From Candidatus Latescibacterota bacterium (GTDB lineage: Bacteria > Latescibacterota > UBA2968 > GCA-2709665), in the NCBI GenBank assembly GCA_965226795.1, contig CBDDDZ010000005.1, forward strand, positions 1,440,001 to 1,504,000: a stretch of DNA of 64,000 nt, given 5' to 3'. Of this stretch, positions 50,390 to 60,228 are shown piece by piece; the first letter of the stretch is position 1, and every line of letters starts with the position of its first letter. The notes beneath the pieces were generated by a model, which made no database searches, was not told where the DNA came from, and saw only the letters and a program-made list of their open reading frames with translations. The translations under genes and the position numbers were made by a program.

Positions 50390-52177
50390 ATGGTAAAGCG
50401 GAGTGATTACAACGGCCCTAAATACATCGTCGTCGCCGGCGGTGTAATAAGCGGTGTGGGCAAGGGTCTAGCTACGGCGTCGATCGGCAAGATTTTGCAG
50501 GAGCACGGTTACAAAGCCACCGCAATCAAGATTGATCCCTATCTCAATTACGATGCCGGCACCCTGCGTCCCACGGAGCACGGAGAAGTGTGGGTAACGG
50601 ACGACGGCGGCGAAATCGATCTGGACCTCGGGAACTACGAGAGATTCCTGGGAATCGACCTCCCAAGGAAGAACAACCTGACCACGGGCCAGATCTACCA
50701 TACCGTGATCGAGCGGGAACGCCGCGGGGTATACCTGGGGAAGACCGTTCAGCCGATTCCCCATATAACCGATGAAATCAAGCAGCGAATAACGGACTCG
50801 GCAAAAGGGTTCGACATTGCGCTTGTAGAGATCGGCGGCACAATCGGAGACGACGAGAATCGGCCCTTTTTGTTCGCAATGAAGAGCCTGGAGCGGGAGG
50901 TAGGAGAGGACAACGTCGTTTACGTACTGGTCACCTATCTGCCGGTGCCCGGGCATGTCGGCGAGATGAAAACCAAGCCCACTCAGCATGCGATCCGCCT
51001 ATTGAGCGAAAACGGAATATTCGCGGATTTCATCATCTGCCGCGCGGTGGAATCACTGGACGACATTCGGAAGAGAAAAATCGAGATTTCAGCGAATATC
51101 TCGGCGGACCGGATTATTTCAGCACCTGACGTCGACAGTATCTATCAGGTACCGCTGGAATACGAAAAGGACCGATTGGGCGAGAAGATCCTGGATGAGT
51201 TCGGCCTCACTCCCAAAAGAACGCCCGACTGGGAGCGTTGGTGTGAACTGTTGGAGATGATTCGTGTACCTAGGGATCGGGTGCGCGTAGCTATGGTAGG
51301 CAAATACGTCGGAATAGGGGATTATGAATTTCAGGATTCCTATATCTCCGTCAATCAATCACTGGAACACGCGGGCGCCCTGTTGGATACCAAGGTCGAG
51401 ATCGAGTGGATCGACTCCAGCCGTCTGGAGCATCACGAGGTTGACGAGGTACTCGGTGGCTATCACGGCATTATTGTACCCGGCGCGTTTGGCGAGGGCG
51501 GCTCTGAGGGTGCCATCAATGCCGTCCGCTACGCCAGGGAAAACCAGGTGCCTTTCCTGGGCCTGTGTTACGGGCTGCAGATGGCTGTTGTGGAATACTC
51601 TCGCCACGTGGCCGGATTGAGCGAAGCGAATTCCGTCGAGATGGACCCCGATACGCCCCATGCGGTAATCGACATTCAGTATACTCAACGGCAGAATATG
51701 GAAGAAAACCGATATGGCGGCACCATGAGGTTGGGAGGGTACGCGGCCGTATTACGACGAGAATCCCGGGTGTTGGACCTCTACGAGCGAACAGGACGGC
51801 TTGAGGAGGATTCCTGGAGGATACAACAACTGCGGCAGCGCCCCGATCAGGCGTTCCGGTGCGGTGTGATCCTGCCAAGCGAGAATGCAGTGATTGAACG
51901 ACATCGGCACCGGTATGAAGTTGCGCCGAAATACGTGGATTTGCTCGAGGAATACGGCCTGTTCTTTTCAGGATTCCACCGCAGAGAGGATGGTGCAAAA
52001 CTGATGGAATTCGTGGAACTGCCCAATCATCCGTTTTTTGTTGCAACCCAGGCACATCCCGAGTTCAAGTCCCGGCTCGAACGTCCCGCGCCGTTGTTTT
52101 ATGGACTTATCAATGCGTCCATCCGTCACTCGGGAACGGGTCAGGAGAAATCCGTTCAGATCGAGATTGAAACATGA
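50390..52177 (+). CDS. pyrG: CTP synthase
   Basis: GGVISGVGKG, KIDPYLN, HGEV, KTKPTQH, GLCYGLQ, ERHRHRYE, QAHPEF. Confidence 0.96.
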   Translation: MVKRSDYNGPKYIVVAGGVISGVGKGLATASIGKILQEHGYKATAIKIDPYLNYDAGTLRPTEHGEVWVTDDGGEIDLDLGNYERFLGIDLPRKNNLTTGQIYHTVIERERRGVYLGKTVQPIPHITDEIKQRITDSAKGFDIALVEIGGTIGDDENRPFLFAMKSLEREVGEDNVVYVLVTYLPVPGHVGEMKTKPTQHAIRLLSENGIFADFIICRAVESLDDIRKRKIEISANISADRIISAPDVDSIYQVPLEYEKDRLGEKILDEFGLTPKRTPDWERWCELLEMIRVPRDRVRVAMVGKYVGIGDYEFQDSYISVNQSLEHAGALLDTKVEIEWIDSSRLEHHEVDEVLGGYHGIIVPGAFGEGGSEGAINAVRYARENQVPFLGLCYGLQMAVVEYSRHVAGLSEANSVEMDPDTPHAVIDIQYTQRQNMEENRYGGTMRLGGYAAVLRRESRVLDLYERTGRLEEDSWRIQQLRQRPDQAFRCGVILPSENAVIERHRHRYEVAPKYVDLLEEYGLFFSGFHRREDGAKLMEFVELPNHPFFVATQAHPEFKSRLERPAPLFYGLINASIRHSGTGQEKSVQIEIET

Positions 52178-52731
52178 CACCGGCCTGGGCGGCCCCGGTT
52201 TTGTACGGGGTCTGCCTGTTCTTCGCATTGTTGGCGGGCTGCACGCCGTCGTCCGAACCTTCATCTTCTCATACGGTCTTCGAACCTCCGGATCAGGAGG
52301 CGTGGGGATGGAACACGGTGGTTACCCGGAACGGTCGAAAACGCGCGGAGGTTGCGGCCGGACATTTCCGGAAGTACGATCGAACGCTAACAGCTCTCCT
52401 CGATAGCGGCGTCGCGGTTTCTTTTTACGATGGGTCCGGGATGAAACGGGTATCGGAATTGACGGCTATACAGGCGGAGATTGACGAAGAATCCTGGGAT
52501 ATGGTGGCAATGGGCGAAGTTGCTCTGGTTGCGAATAACGGTACCCGTCTGGAAACCGATACGTTGCGCTGGAGCCGTGAGACAGACAGAATTACGGGAA
52601 ACGGGCGGATGACCCTCCGTCGACCCGACGGAGAGGAGACCGGGGTTGGGTTCGAGGCTTCTTCCGATCTGAAATGGTGGAAAATGCGACAGGTTTCGAC
52701 GCGTCTGGGCGTGGGGGATTCTCTCCGATAA
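52174..52731 (+). CDS. lptC: LPS export periplasmic protein LptC
   Basis: Lipoprotein-like N-terminus (LAGC), beta-jellyroll pattern (G.V.L...GTRLETDTLRW), position before the lptA-like gene and lptB. Confidence 0.78.
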   Translation: MTPAWAAPVLYGVCLFFALLAGCTPSSEPSSSHTVFEPPDQEAWGWNTVVTRNGRKRAEVAAGHFRKYDRTLTALLDSGVAVSFYDGSGMKRVSELTAIQAEIDEESWDMVAMGEVALVANNGTRLETDTLRWSRETDRITGNGRMTLRRPDGEETGVGFEASSDLKWWKMRQVSTRLGVGDSLR

Positions 52732-52772
52732 CGATCTGCTTTTCTGCAAGCCTCCCCTTTCCTTCCTCTTTT

Positions 52773-54098
52773 ATGCTCTTCTCTCTGTTTTTTTTGCCGT
52801 ATTTCCTGACAACGGCCTCTCCTGTTGACGCAACCGAATTGATTCGTGCGGACCGCAGCGAAACCACGCTGCGGGATTCCGGCGTTTTACGGATTGCAGT
52901 GGGCACGGTCACCTACCAACACCCTGAACGTCTACTCAGCGTAAATGCCGATTCCGCTCGCCTTTGGATTCCCGACGGGGGTATATCAATAGCGAGGTTT
53001 TTCGGTCGAGTTGCGTACCGGGATTCAGCAAGACAACTGGACGCCGCCGCCATGACGTACCTGCCACGCACGGACGTGGCTACTTTTGTGGGTGCGGTGC
53101 GGGTTATCGAAAATGACCGCCTCTTGACTGCCCAGCGGGTGGAGTACCACAAAAAGGAGAACAGGCTGGACGCCGAGGGCGGGGTGACGCTGAGCTACGG
53201 CGGGCAGCGGATTTCATTGCGTGCACCGGCGATGACGTATCATGTGTTGGCCGATTCGGGTTCAGGTACAGGCGGCGTACACGCCGTGCGTTTGCCGGAT
53301 ACACCGGGAGATTCGCTCGCCGTCCGCTCGGACTCGATGCATTTTGCCAACCTGGGAGATCGCCTGCGGTTCCTGGGCCGCGTCCGTATGGATCACGCCG
53401 GTATGCTGGCGGGTGCGCCTCGCGGCCGCTATTTCAGGCGGTTCGACCGCCTGGAACTGGGAGGCGGGACATATGCTGTCTGGATTCAGAACGACGAAAC
53501 TCGGGCTGATTCGGTGACGTTGAGCGCCGAACGGATGCAGGTACAGGGTGCGGGTGGTAATGCGCTCAAAGAAATCGTACTGGTCGGCGCTGCCAGACTG
53601 CGGATGGAGGCAGTGCAGCCGGAGCGAGACGGTGCGCAGGCGGTTCACGCCGATTCGGTTGTGCTTGGCATGGCGGGAGGCCAGATCGTCACCGTAGATG
53701 CATCAGGAGAGGCTTCAACGATGTTGACCGCGCGTGATGGCGCCAGCGTGGACCTAAAGGGCCAGCGAATATGGATTGAGTTTCGGGATGGAGGCCTCGA
53801 TAGCCTGACGGTTCACGGGCACGGCATCGGCGCCTATTTCTCGTCCGATAGCGCAACCGTCAGTCGAATTTCCGGTGGCTCGATTGCGTTTGGTTTCGAA
53901 AGAGGAGCCGTACGATTCGTCGGGATCAAGGAGACTGCCCGATGTACGCACCGTTCGACGGCCGGGAATACCGGTGACATCCAGCTATCGGGGGATCAAG
54001 TGAAACTGACGTTCGAGGGCGACAGGCTCGCCAATGTTCAGGCGGAAGGCGGAGTTCGAGGCCGATACAAACCGGCGGAATCCGGAGAGGCACCATGA
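52773..54098 (+). CDS. Extended LptA/OstA-like beta-jellyroll protein
   Basis: Signal peptide, repeated A.G.V / L.AD beta motifs, located between lptC and lptB; start uncertain. Confidence 0.72.
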   Translation: MLFSLFFLPYFLTTASPVDATELIRADRSETTLRDSGVLRIAVGTVTYQHPERLLSVNADSARLWIPDGGISIARFFGRVAYRDSARQLDAAAMTYLPRTDVATFVGAVRVIENDRLLTAQRVEYHKKENRLDAEGGVTLSYGGQRISLRAPAMTYHVLADSGSGTGGVHAVRLPDTPGDSLAVRSDSMHFANLGDRLRFLGRVRMDHAGMLAGAPRGRYFRRFDRLELGGGTYAVWIQNDETRADSVTLSAERMQVQGAGGNALKEIVLVGAARLRMEAVQPERDGAQAVHADSVVLGMAGGQIVTVDASGEASTMLTARDGASVDLKGQRIWIEFRDGGLDSLTVHGHGIGAYFSSDSATVSRISGGSIAFGFERGAVRFVGIKETARCTHRSTAGNTGDIQLSGDQVKLTFEGDRLANVQAEGGVRGRYKPAESGEAP

Positions 54099-54817
54099 TT
54101 TTGAAGGCCCGGAACCTGGTGAAAGCATACAACCGCCAGCGGGTTGTCGATGGTGTCTGCCTCGAGGTGAATCCCGGAGAGGTCGTAGGTCTTCTGGGCC
54201 CAAATGGAGCGGGAAAAACCACCACCTTTCACCTGATTGTGGGACTGGTTCCATGCAGACAGGGGGAGATTTTCCTCGGTGAAGAGGAAATAACCGGCAT
54301 GCCGATGTATATTCGGGCACGGAAGGGCATCGGTTATCTGGCCCAGGAACCCTCGATTTTCCGTAAGCTATCCGTGAAGCAGAACATCCTTGCGGTGCTG
54401 GAAACACTTCATGTGTCACGTGTAGAACAGGAAGCCCGCCTTGAGGCGCTCTTGCAGGAATTGGGACTCTCGAGCCTGGCGAATCGCAGGGCCGACCGGC
54501 TGTCGGGCGGCGAAGCACGCAGACTGGAGATTACACGTGCTCTGGCCAGGCGTCCCAGATTTCTGTTACTGGATGAACCGTTTGCTGGTATTGACCCAAA
54601 GGCGGTAGAAGATATCCAGGCCATTATCCGCACTTTGAAGGACCGGCGGATCGGACTGCTGATTACCGATCACAACGTACGCGAAACCCTGGCGATCACC
54701 GACAGGTCTTATATTCTCTCCTGCGGAAGGATTCTGACCTCCGGCAACCCCGTTGAACTGGCAGAGAATCCGGAGGTGCGGCGGGTATACCTCGGGGATA
54801 GGTTCCGACTGGACTGA
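54095..54817 (+). CDS. lptB: LPS export ABC transporter ATP-binding protein
   Basis: GPNGAGKTT, YLAQEPSIFRKL, LSGGE, LLDEPFAGIDP, ITDHNVRETL, VYLG..F.L. Confidence 0.96.
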   Translation: MILKARNLVKAYNRQRVVDGVCLEVNPGEVVGLLGPNGAGKTTTFHLIVGLVPCRQGEIFLGEEEITGMPMYIRARKGIGYLAQEPSIFRKLSVKQNILAVLETLHVSRVEQEARLEALLQELGLSSLANRRADRLSGGEARRLEITRALARRPRFLLLDEPFAGIDPKAVEDIQAIIRTLKDRRIGLLITDHNVRETLAITDRSYILSCGRILTSGNPVELAENPEVRRVYLGDRFRLD

Positions 54818-55046
54818 CGGAAAAATGGGATTGTCACGCGGCCACGTTTTCCGTATTATTTATCAGGTGGCGATTGGGCAACAGATCGAACATCGATCAG
54901 GCAATCGGCTCCGGCCACGTGAAAGTTGAAAAGTTCAAAACTTTGATAATACGAATGTTAATTGACATTTTTCTACGTTAGACCATCCGTTGGGAAGTAT
55001 CGTTTATTTCCATTTCGACCGTCTTACCTGGGAATTCCAAGGGCAA

Positions 55047-56513
55047 ATGATTCAACTGACCCAAACAGTTTCTTTACAACAGAAGTTGGCGCCCCAACTC
55101 ATCCAGTCGTTGCGGCTCCTTCAGACGCCCTCGCTGGAATTGGAACAGTTGATTCAGCAGGAACTGCAGATCAATCCCCTCCTGGAAGTCTCTGAAGAGA
55201 CCAGTCGCGAGGAGGAATGGGGTCTGGAGTCGGACCAAGCGGAAGCGGACGATACCGACACCGAGAGGAAGGAAGCGGACGACTCGGATCCGTCGGAACT
55301 GGAATTTGGCGACGCGACCGTGGCCGACGGACGTTTCGATGAGAACCAGTGGAACGAAATCCTTAACGATTCCGGATATACCGTGCCCCGGCAGGAGTTC
55401 GATCCCAATGCTGAGGACTGGGAGTACGACGGCGCCGAGCAGCAGTCTCTGGAAGCGGAGTTGCAGGCGCAACTGTCTCTAACCGGTTTGGACGTCGGAG
55501 AGCGGAAGATCGGCGAGTACATCATTGGCAATATCGACGAGGATGGCTTCTTGCAGGCGCCGGTCGACGATATTGCTGCGATGCTCGGAGAAGAGACCAG
55601 GACGGTGGAGCGAATTCTGGACGTTATTCAGACATTCGATCCGCCGGGCGTGGGTGCACGGAACCTTCAAGAATGCCTGGCGATCCAGCTTCTTGAGCAT
55701 GGGCTGAAGGATTCTCTCGCGATGCAGATCGTGCGCGAATACTGGGATGATCTGGTGAACCGCCGATACGTAAAGATCTGTCGATCACTGGGTGCGGACC
55801 GCGCAGCAATTGCCAACGCCGAAGGAGTGATCTCGGGCCTGAATCCCAAGCCGATGATCTACAGGGAAGGCCGAATCAATCACAATTTGGTCGTGCCCGA
55901 TCTGGAGGTCCAGAAGGTCGGCGACGAGTATGTGGTTACGCTAATCGACCGCAATCTTCCTTCCCTTCGGGTCAGCCCTGTCTACAGGACACTGCTGAGC
56001 AAGTCCGGTAAGCCAGGGAGCCAGGCCAGAAAGTTCGTCGTGGATCGTCTGAATTCAGCCCGCTGGTTTATCAGCGCGATCAACCAGCGTCGAACCACGA
56101 TGCTCAAGGTCATGCGTTGTATTGTCGACAATCAACGCGCATTCTTCGACAAGGGAGTTGGATTCCTGAAGCCCATGGTGCTCCAGGACGTCGCGGACAG
56201 GGTAAACATGCATGTGTCAACGATCAGCCGGGTGAGTAACGGGAAATACGTACAAACGCCGCACGGTGTTTTGGAGTTGAAGTACTTTTTCGACGGGGGC
56301 TTGGCCCGAAACGACGGCGAAGATATCGCCGCACGGAGTGTAAAACAAAAGATCGCCAGATTGATTGCTGAGGAGAACACCAGAAGGCCTTTGAGTGATC
56401 AGAAAATCACTGACATCCTGAAGGATGAAGGCATCGCTATTGCGCGCCGTACGGTAGCCAAGTATAGAGATCAGTTGAAGATCAATCCGGCCAGGTACAG
56501 AAAGTCCATTTGA
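55047..56513 (+). CDS. rpoN: RNA polymerase sigma-54 factor
   Basis: Q-rich region I, PPGVGARNLQECL, HVSTISR, RpoN box ARRTVAKYR. Confidence 0.97.
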   Translation: MIQLTQTVSLQQKLAPQLIQSLRLLQTPSLELEQLIQQELQINPLLEVSEETSREEEWGLESDQAEADDTDTERKEADDSDPSELEFGDATVADGRFDENQWNEILNDSGYTVPRQEFDPNAEDWEYDGAEQQSLEAELQAQLSLTGLDVGERKIGEYIIGNIDEDGFLQAPVDDIAAMLGEETRTVERILDVIQTFDPPGVGARNLQECLAIQLLEHGLKDSLAMQIVREYWDDLVNRRYVKICRSLGADRAAIANAEGVISGLNPKPMIYREGRINHNLVVPDLEVQKVGDEYVVTLIDRNLPSLRVSPVYRTLLSKSGKPGSQARKFVVDRLNSARWFISAINQRRTTMLKVMRCIVDNQRAFFDKGVGFLKPMVLQDVADRVNMHVSTISRVSNGKYVQTPHGVLELKYFFDGGLARNDGEDIAARSVKQKIARLIAEENTRRPLSDQKITDILKDEGIAIARRTVAKYRDQLKINPARYRKSI

Positions 56514-56545
56514 ACGCGAGAAGGACAAAAGTACAGTCAGAAGAC

Positions 56546-56600
56546 AACCGGCGGAATCTCGAGCGTTGGCGTATTTTCGCTCGGATCCCGCCGGTTTTTC
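56546..56600 (+). terminator. Intrinsic terminator after rpoN
   Basis: AACCGGCGG...CCGCCGGTT long imperfect stem followed by a T tract. Confidence 0.6.
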
Positions 56601-56650
56601 TTTCCGGACGCCGTTGTGTCCGCTGTTGACGGGGCCCGCTATCCGATTAT

Positions 56651-57436
56651 TTACACGCCGGATTGAACGGCGCTGATTTCGTCCTTTGAGATTTTGTGTA
56701 CACTCTTGGGATTGAAGGTCTGCCGTGTGCCCGACCGGAGCGCAACTTCGATTCTTCCTCCTGTCAGGACGAAAAACTGGAGTAGGAACCCTCCGCCCTG
56801 CATCGACTCGACCTGATATTCCTCTGGGTCCATCCCGTCAACCCATCCAGGAAAATGCGCCCTGAAACGGGCATCCGCGAACACGTTTTGCGGCAGCGCC
56901 ATAACCAGCGTTCCAGGCAGTTCGTTCAGGGCCTCACCGATGGTCCTTCGTATCCCGGCCAGGTAGGGGATCACCTTCCCCGCATAATCGAAGTCGTCCT
57001 CAACGCCACGCTCAGGCGGAACAATACCCCACGTCATATGGTGTATAAACGGATTGCCGTGACCCTGGGCGAGCATGTGGTCCCGGGCCGCTTCATCCAC
57101 GGGATGGACGACTGCGACGTAGTCGAACCAGCCCTTTTCTCGAGCGGGACTGTCCTCGGGCAGCCCGGAGGGGACATTAATGTAGTCGTACCCGTCCACC
57201 GGCGACGGATAGCACCGGGTGTCCCACCCGGCGACGTACCCGATGCGTTTCAAACGGCCGGCCAGAAGATGCGGGGGGTCGACAAAAATGGCGGCATGGT
57301 CCGGATTCGGCAACAGCGGTACGGCGGCGTCAGAGATCTTACGTGCAACATCGAGCGCTTCCCACAGCCGTTCGGGTGCGTTGGAAATGTCGAGTTGCTC
57401 ATTGAAATCGTCCGGCAGGATAACGTTCCCGGGCAT
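56651..57436 (-). CDS. Hypothetical protein, possible VOC/HPPD-like metalloenzyme
   Basis: RBS GGAGGAG; PDHAAIFV, FIHHMTW and LLQFF...IEVALR spaced like the HPPD His/His/Glu ligands. Confidence 0.65.
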   Translation of the reverse strand: MPGNVILPDDFNEQLDISNAPERLWEALDVARKISDAAVPLLPNPDHAAIFVDPPHLLAGRLKRIGYVAGWDTRCYPSPVDGYDYINVPSGLPEDSPAREKGWFDYVAVVHPVDEAARDHMLAQGHGNPFIHHMTWGIVPPERGVEDDFDYAGKVIPYLAGIRRTIGEALNELPGTLVMALPQNVFADARFRAHFPGWVDGMDPEEYQVESMQGGGFLLQFFVLTGGRIEVALRSGTRQTFNPKSVHKISKDEISAVQSGV

Positions 57437-57885
57437 CTTTCTCTCCTCCACGGAAAGGACGATTGAAATCAATCACAAGGTTTGAATTGACAAAAAGATC
57501 AAGCAGCCGGCCCCGCCCACTAAGGCGCCAACCTTTCACATGTAAAATTGCGAACCGCGTTCGCGGTGTCAAGCGGAATTCGGTTCGGGGAGATGGTTAG
57601 AGAACGATACATCGGAACGTCGGCGGGATTGAAGGCGCAGCTGGAGGAAAACGAAATCGATCGACGTTTCAATCGCAAGAAGACCGTAAATGCATCAGAC
57701 AAGATTGGACATTCCCCAAATCCCGACTGTGAATCGGTCGGGATTTTTTCGTGTCACATCGACCGCAAGCGGTTTTCAAATTCGAAAACCATTCTGAAAG
57801 CTGTATTCATTCCCTGGCAAATCAGGTCATTAGCGCCTAAAACACAAACCTTTAATAAAAATACACTTATGTTTAACATCTTCAA

Positions 57886-57901
57886 TTGGCATACGGATTG
57901 C
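57886..57901 (+). promoter_or_regulatory. sigma54 (-24/-12) promoter
   Basis: TTGGCATACGGATTGC: GG at 57888-89, GC at 57900-01, correct spacing; AT-rich tract upstream. Confidence 0.72.
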
Positions 57902-57931
57902 GTGGCCTGTTTGACGCGATGGCGCTTGTAA

Positions 57932-60118
57932 ATGGAGAGATATGTGAAACAGACCCTCTTGATCTTTATAGTATTCCTGTTCCTGGATCAGAACGCGTTG
58001 TGGGCCCAGGCGATCGCCACGCCCGACACGCTCCACTTCGGTCCGGTGCGCACAGGGACTTCAGTTCTGGATAGTATCAGTGTCGTGAACAGAGGGGAGG
58101 CCAACGTAGTCCTGAGTTCCTGGGTTGTCGACGGAACCGCCTTCCAGCTACGGGGCGACCCCTTTTCCGACGCAGACGTCGTACTGCCGCCGGAGCAGGC
58201 CATGAACCTGCGGATCCGTTTTGAACCCCAGGATCTGGTTGTCTATTCCATGGATCTTATCGTCGAGACCAACAGCGGGGATGTGAGCATACACCTCTCG
58301 GGCGAAGGCGTTCGCGAAGTTGTGGTCATTCAGGAGATCCTCGCCGACCCGCCCTCGGACTTGGAAGGCGACGCCAATGCAGACGGCGTGCGCCACCGCT
58401 ATCAGGACGAGTTCGTGGAACTGCTCAATATCGGATTCAGGCCCGTCGAGTTGGACGGATGGCAGTTGAGCGATGCGGGCACCGCGCCTCAGGCGAGGTT
58501 CACGTTTCCGGAAAACACCCTGTTGGAACCCGGCGAACGTGCGGTTCTGTTTGGCGGTGGTTCTCCCGCAGGTTTTTCAGGACCCGTGTTCGTGGACGAC
58601 GGAACGATCGGAGGGGGTCTGAATAACCGGGGTGACGCGGTTTTCCTGATCGACCCGACGGTGCCGGATACCCTGGCGACCGCTGCCTACGGCACCGCGG
58701 CGGACAAGAACCAATCGCTGGTGCGCCACCCGCAAGGCCGGGGACCATTCGAACTCCATAGTCTGTTTCCCGGTAACGGCGCGCTGTTTTCACCGGGCCG
58801 GGCGCGTACGGTCATACAGCGAATCGATGTCGTGCCCGCGGATACCACCGTGGAACTGGGCGCTGTGATCCGGTTCGAAGCACAGGCTGTATTCAACGAT
58901 GGGAGCGAATCCACGATAGACGGCGGGGTGGCCTGGCATTCGACTGATGATGCGATTGTCAGTCTTTTGGACGACACCGGGACGGCGGTGGGCGTAGGTA
59001 CCGTAGAGATAACCGCTAAAGTGTTGGGCGAAACGTCCATACCCGGTACCGTTGTGGTCGTGCCCCCCTTCTTGTCGGACTTGAGGGTTGCGCCCTCGGA
59101 CACACTGCTGGTGGTGGGTGATGCGCTCGAGTACCGGGTGAACGGTTTAAACGGTGAGGGCGTCGAGGAGCCGGTCAGGTCCGGGCTGGTATGGCAGAGC
59201 TCGGATTCCACGGTCGCACTCCCTAAGGGGGGTAATGTGATGTTGGCCACGGGATCGGGAAATGCCTCAGTGGTCGTTCATCTGGACTCCATGTCGGGTA
59301 CGGCTACGTTCCGGGCTGGTGACCGTGGAGACCCGAATGCAGATGGCGAATTCGATTTGCTGGATGCGCTCCTTACCGTCTATCTCATCCTGGACATGCG
59401 GACCGACGCCGGACCGTATGAGCGTAGCGCTGCGGATTTGAATCAGGATGGGCTTGTGGATATTCTGGATCTGGCTCTGTTGATTCGCAAAATACTGGGG
59501 GTTCCGGCTGGTGGGGCGAAACCCGCATTGGCCGGTGCTGCCGCGTGGCAGTGGGACGGTGAATGCCTGAATATCCGGGCCACGTCCGGACTTTCGGTGA
59601 TTCTGATTGCATTTGACGGTCACGTCGCGAGCGTGAAACCGCCCGTCGGAACGAAAGCGGTCGTTTCACATGCGCACCCGGGTCAAACACGCGTACTAGT
59701 CTTTCCAGTTTCGGCGGACGGGCTGGATGGCGGTAACACGGGCCTCCGGCTGGTCACCCGGGGTGAGGCCGGAAGGGTGGCCGAAGTGAGGGCCGCGGAT
59801 ATGTGGGGCCGACCGGTCGTGTTCAACTCCGAAGGGACGCAAAGGTTTGGATTGGAACAGAATTACCCCAATCCGTTCAACGCCTCCACAATGCTGGTCT
59901 ACAGTTTACAGCGCGGGGATTATGCACAGTTGCGAATTTTCTCGACGCTGGGACAGGAAATCGCACGGCCGATCGACGGTCCGGTCGCGGCGGGCACCCA
60001 CCGAGTTGTCTGGGACGGCCGCGATGCGGAGGGGCGGCCAGCTGGGAGTGGTGTCTACCTTGGACATCTGGTGGCCGGTAAACAGCGATCCGTGATAAAG
60101 ATGGTGCTGTTGAGATAA
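57932..60118 (+). CDS. Secreted protein: Ig-like, lamin-tail domain, 2x Big_2-like, dockerin, C-terminal FlgD-Ig/T9SS-A-like sorting domain
   Basis: Signal peptide (start may be GTG 57944); IQEILADP..DEFVEL.N..GWQLSD LTD; duplicated Ca-loop GDPNADGEFDLLD/ADLNQDGLVDILD (59327-59500); LEQNYPNPFN...WDGRD..SGVY..KMVLLR. Confidence 0.88.
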   Translation: MERYVKQTLLIFIVFLFLDQNALWAQAIATPDTLHFGPVRTGTSVLDSISVVNRGEANVVLSSWVVDGTAFQLRGDPFSDADVVLPPEQAMNLRIRFEPQDLVVYSMDLIVETNSGDVSIHLSGEGVREVVVIQEILADPPSDLEGDANADGVRHRYQDEFVELLNIGFRPVELDGWQLSDAGTAPQARFTFPENTLLEPGERAVLFGGGSPAGFSGPVFVDDGTIGGGLNNRGDAVFLIDPTVPDTLATAAYGTAADKNQSLVRHPQGRGPFELHSLFPGNGALFSPGRARTVIQRIDVVPADTTVELGAVIRFEAQAVFNDGSESTIDGGVAWHSTDDAIVSLLDDTGTAVGVGTVEITAKVLGETSIPGTVVVVPPFLSDLRVAPSDTLLVVGDALEYRVNGLNGEGVEEPVRSGLVWQSSDSTVALPKGGNVMLATGSGNASVVVHLDSMSGTATFRAGDRGDPNADGEFDLLDALLTVYLILDMRTDAGPYERSAADLNQDGLVDILDLALLIRKILGVPAGGAKPALAGAAAWQWDGECLNIRATSGLSVILIAFDGHVASVKPPVGTKAVVSHAHPGQTRVLVFPVSADGLDGGNTGLRLVTRGEAGRVAEVRAADMWGRPVVFNSEGTQRFGLEQNYPNPFNASTMLVYSLQRGDYAQLRIFSTLGQEIARPIDGPVAAGTHRVVWDGRDAEGRPAGSGVYLGHLVAGKQRSVIKMVLLR

Positions 60119-60228
60119 ATCCGTTGGGTCGAAGACAACAGCCGCTGTTCACCCGTCATCGGCAAACATAGGCTCTCCACCCCGTGCGGGCTGGTGCGTC
60201 CATCATCGAATATTGAAGGTATCCCAGC

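Noticed and set aside
57548..57931. 127-aa ORF upstream of the dockerin gene
   Set aside because: TTG start, no RBS or motifs, and it runs through the sigma54 promoter region.
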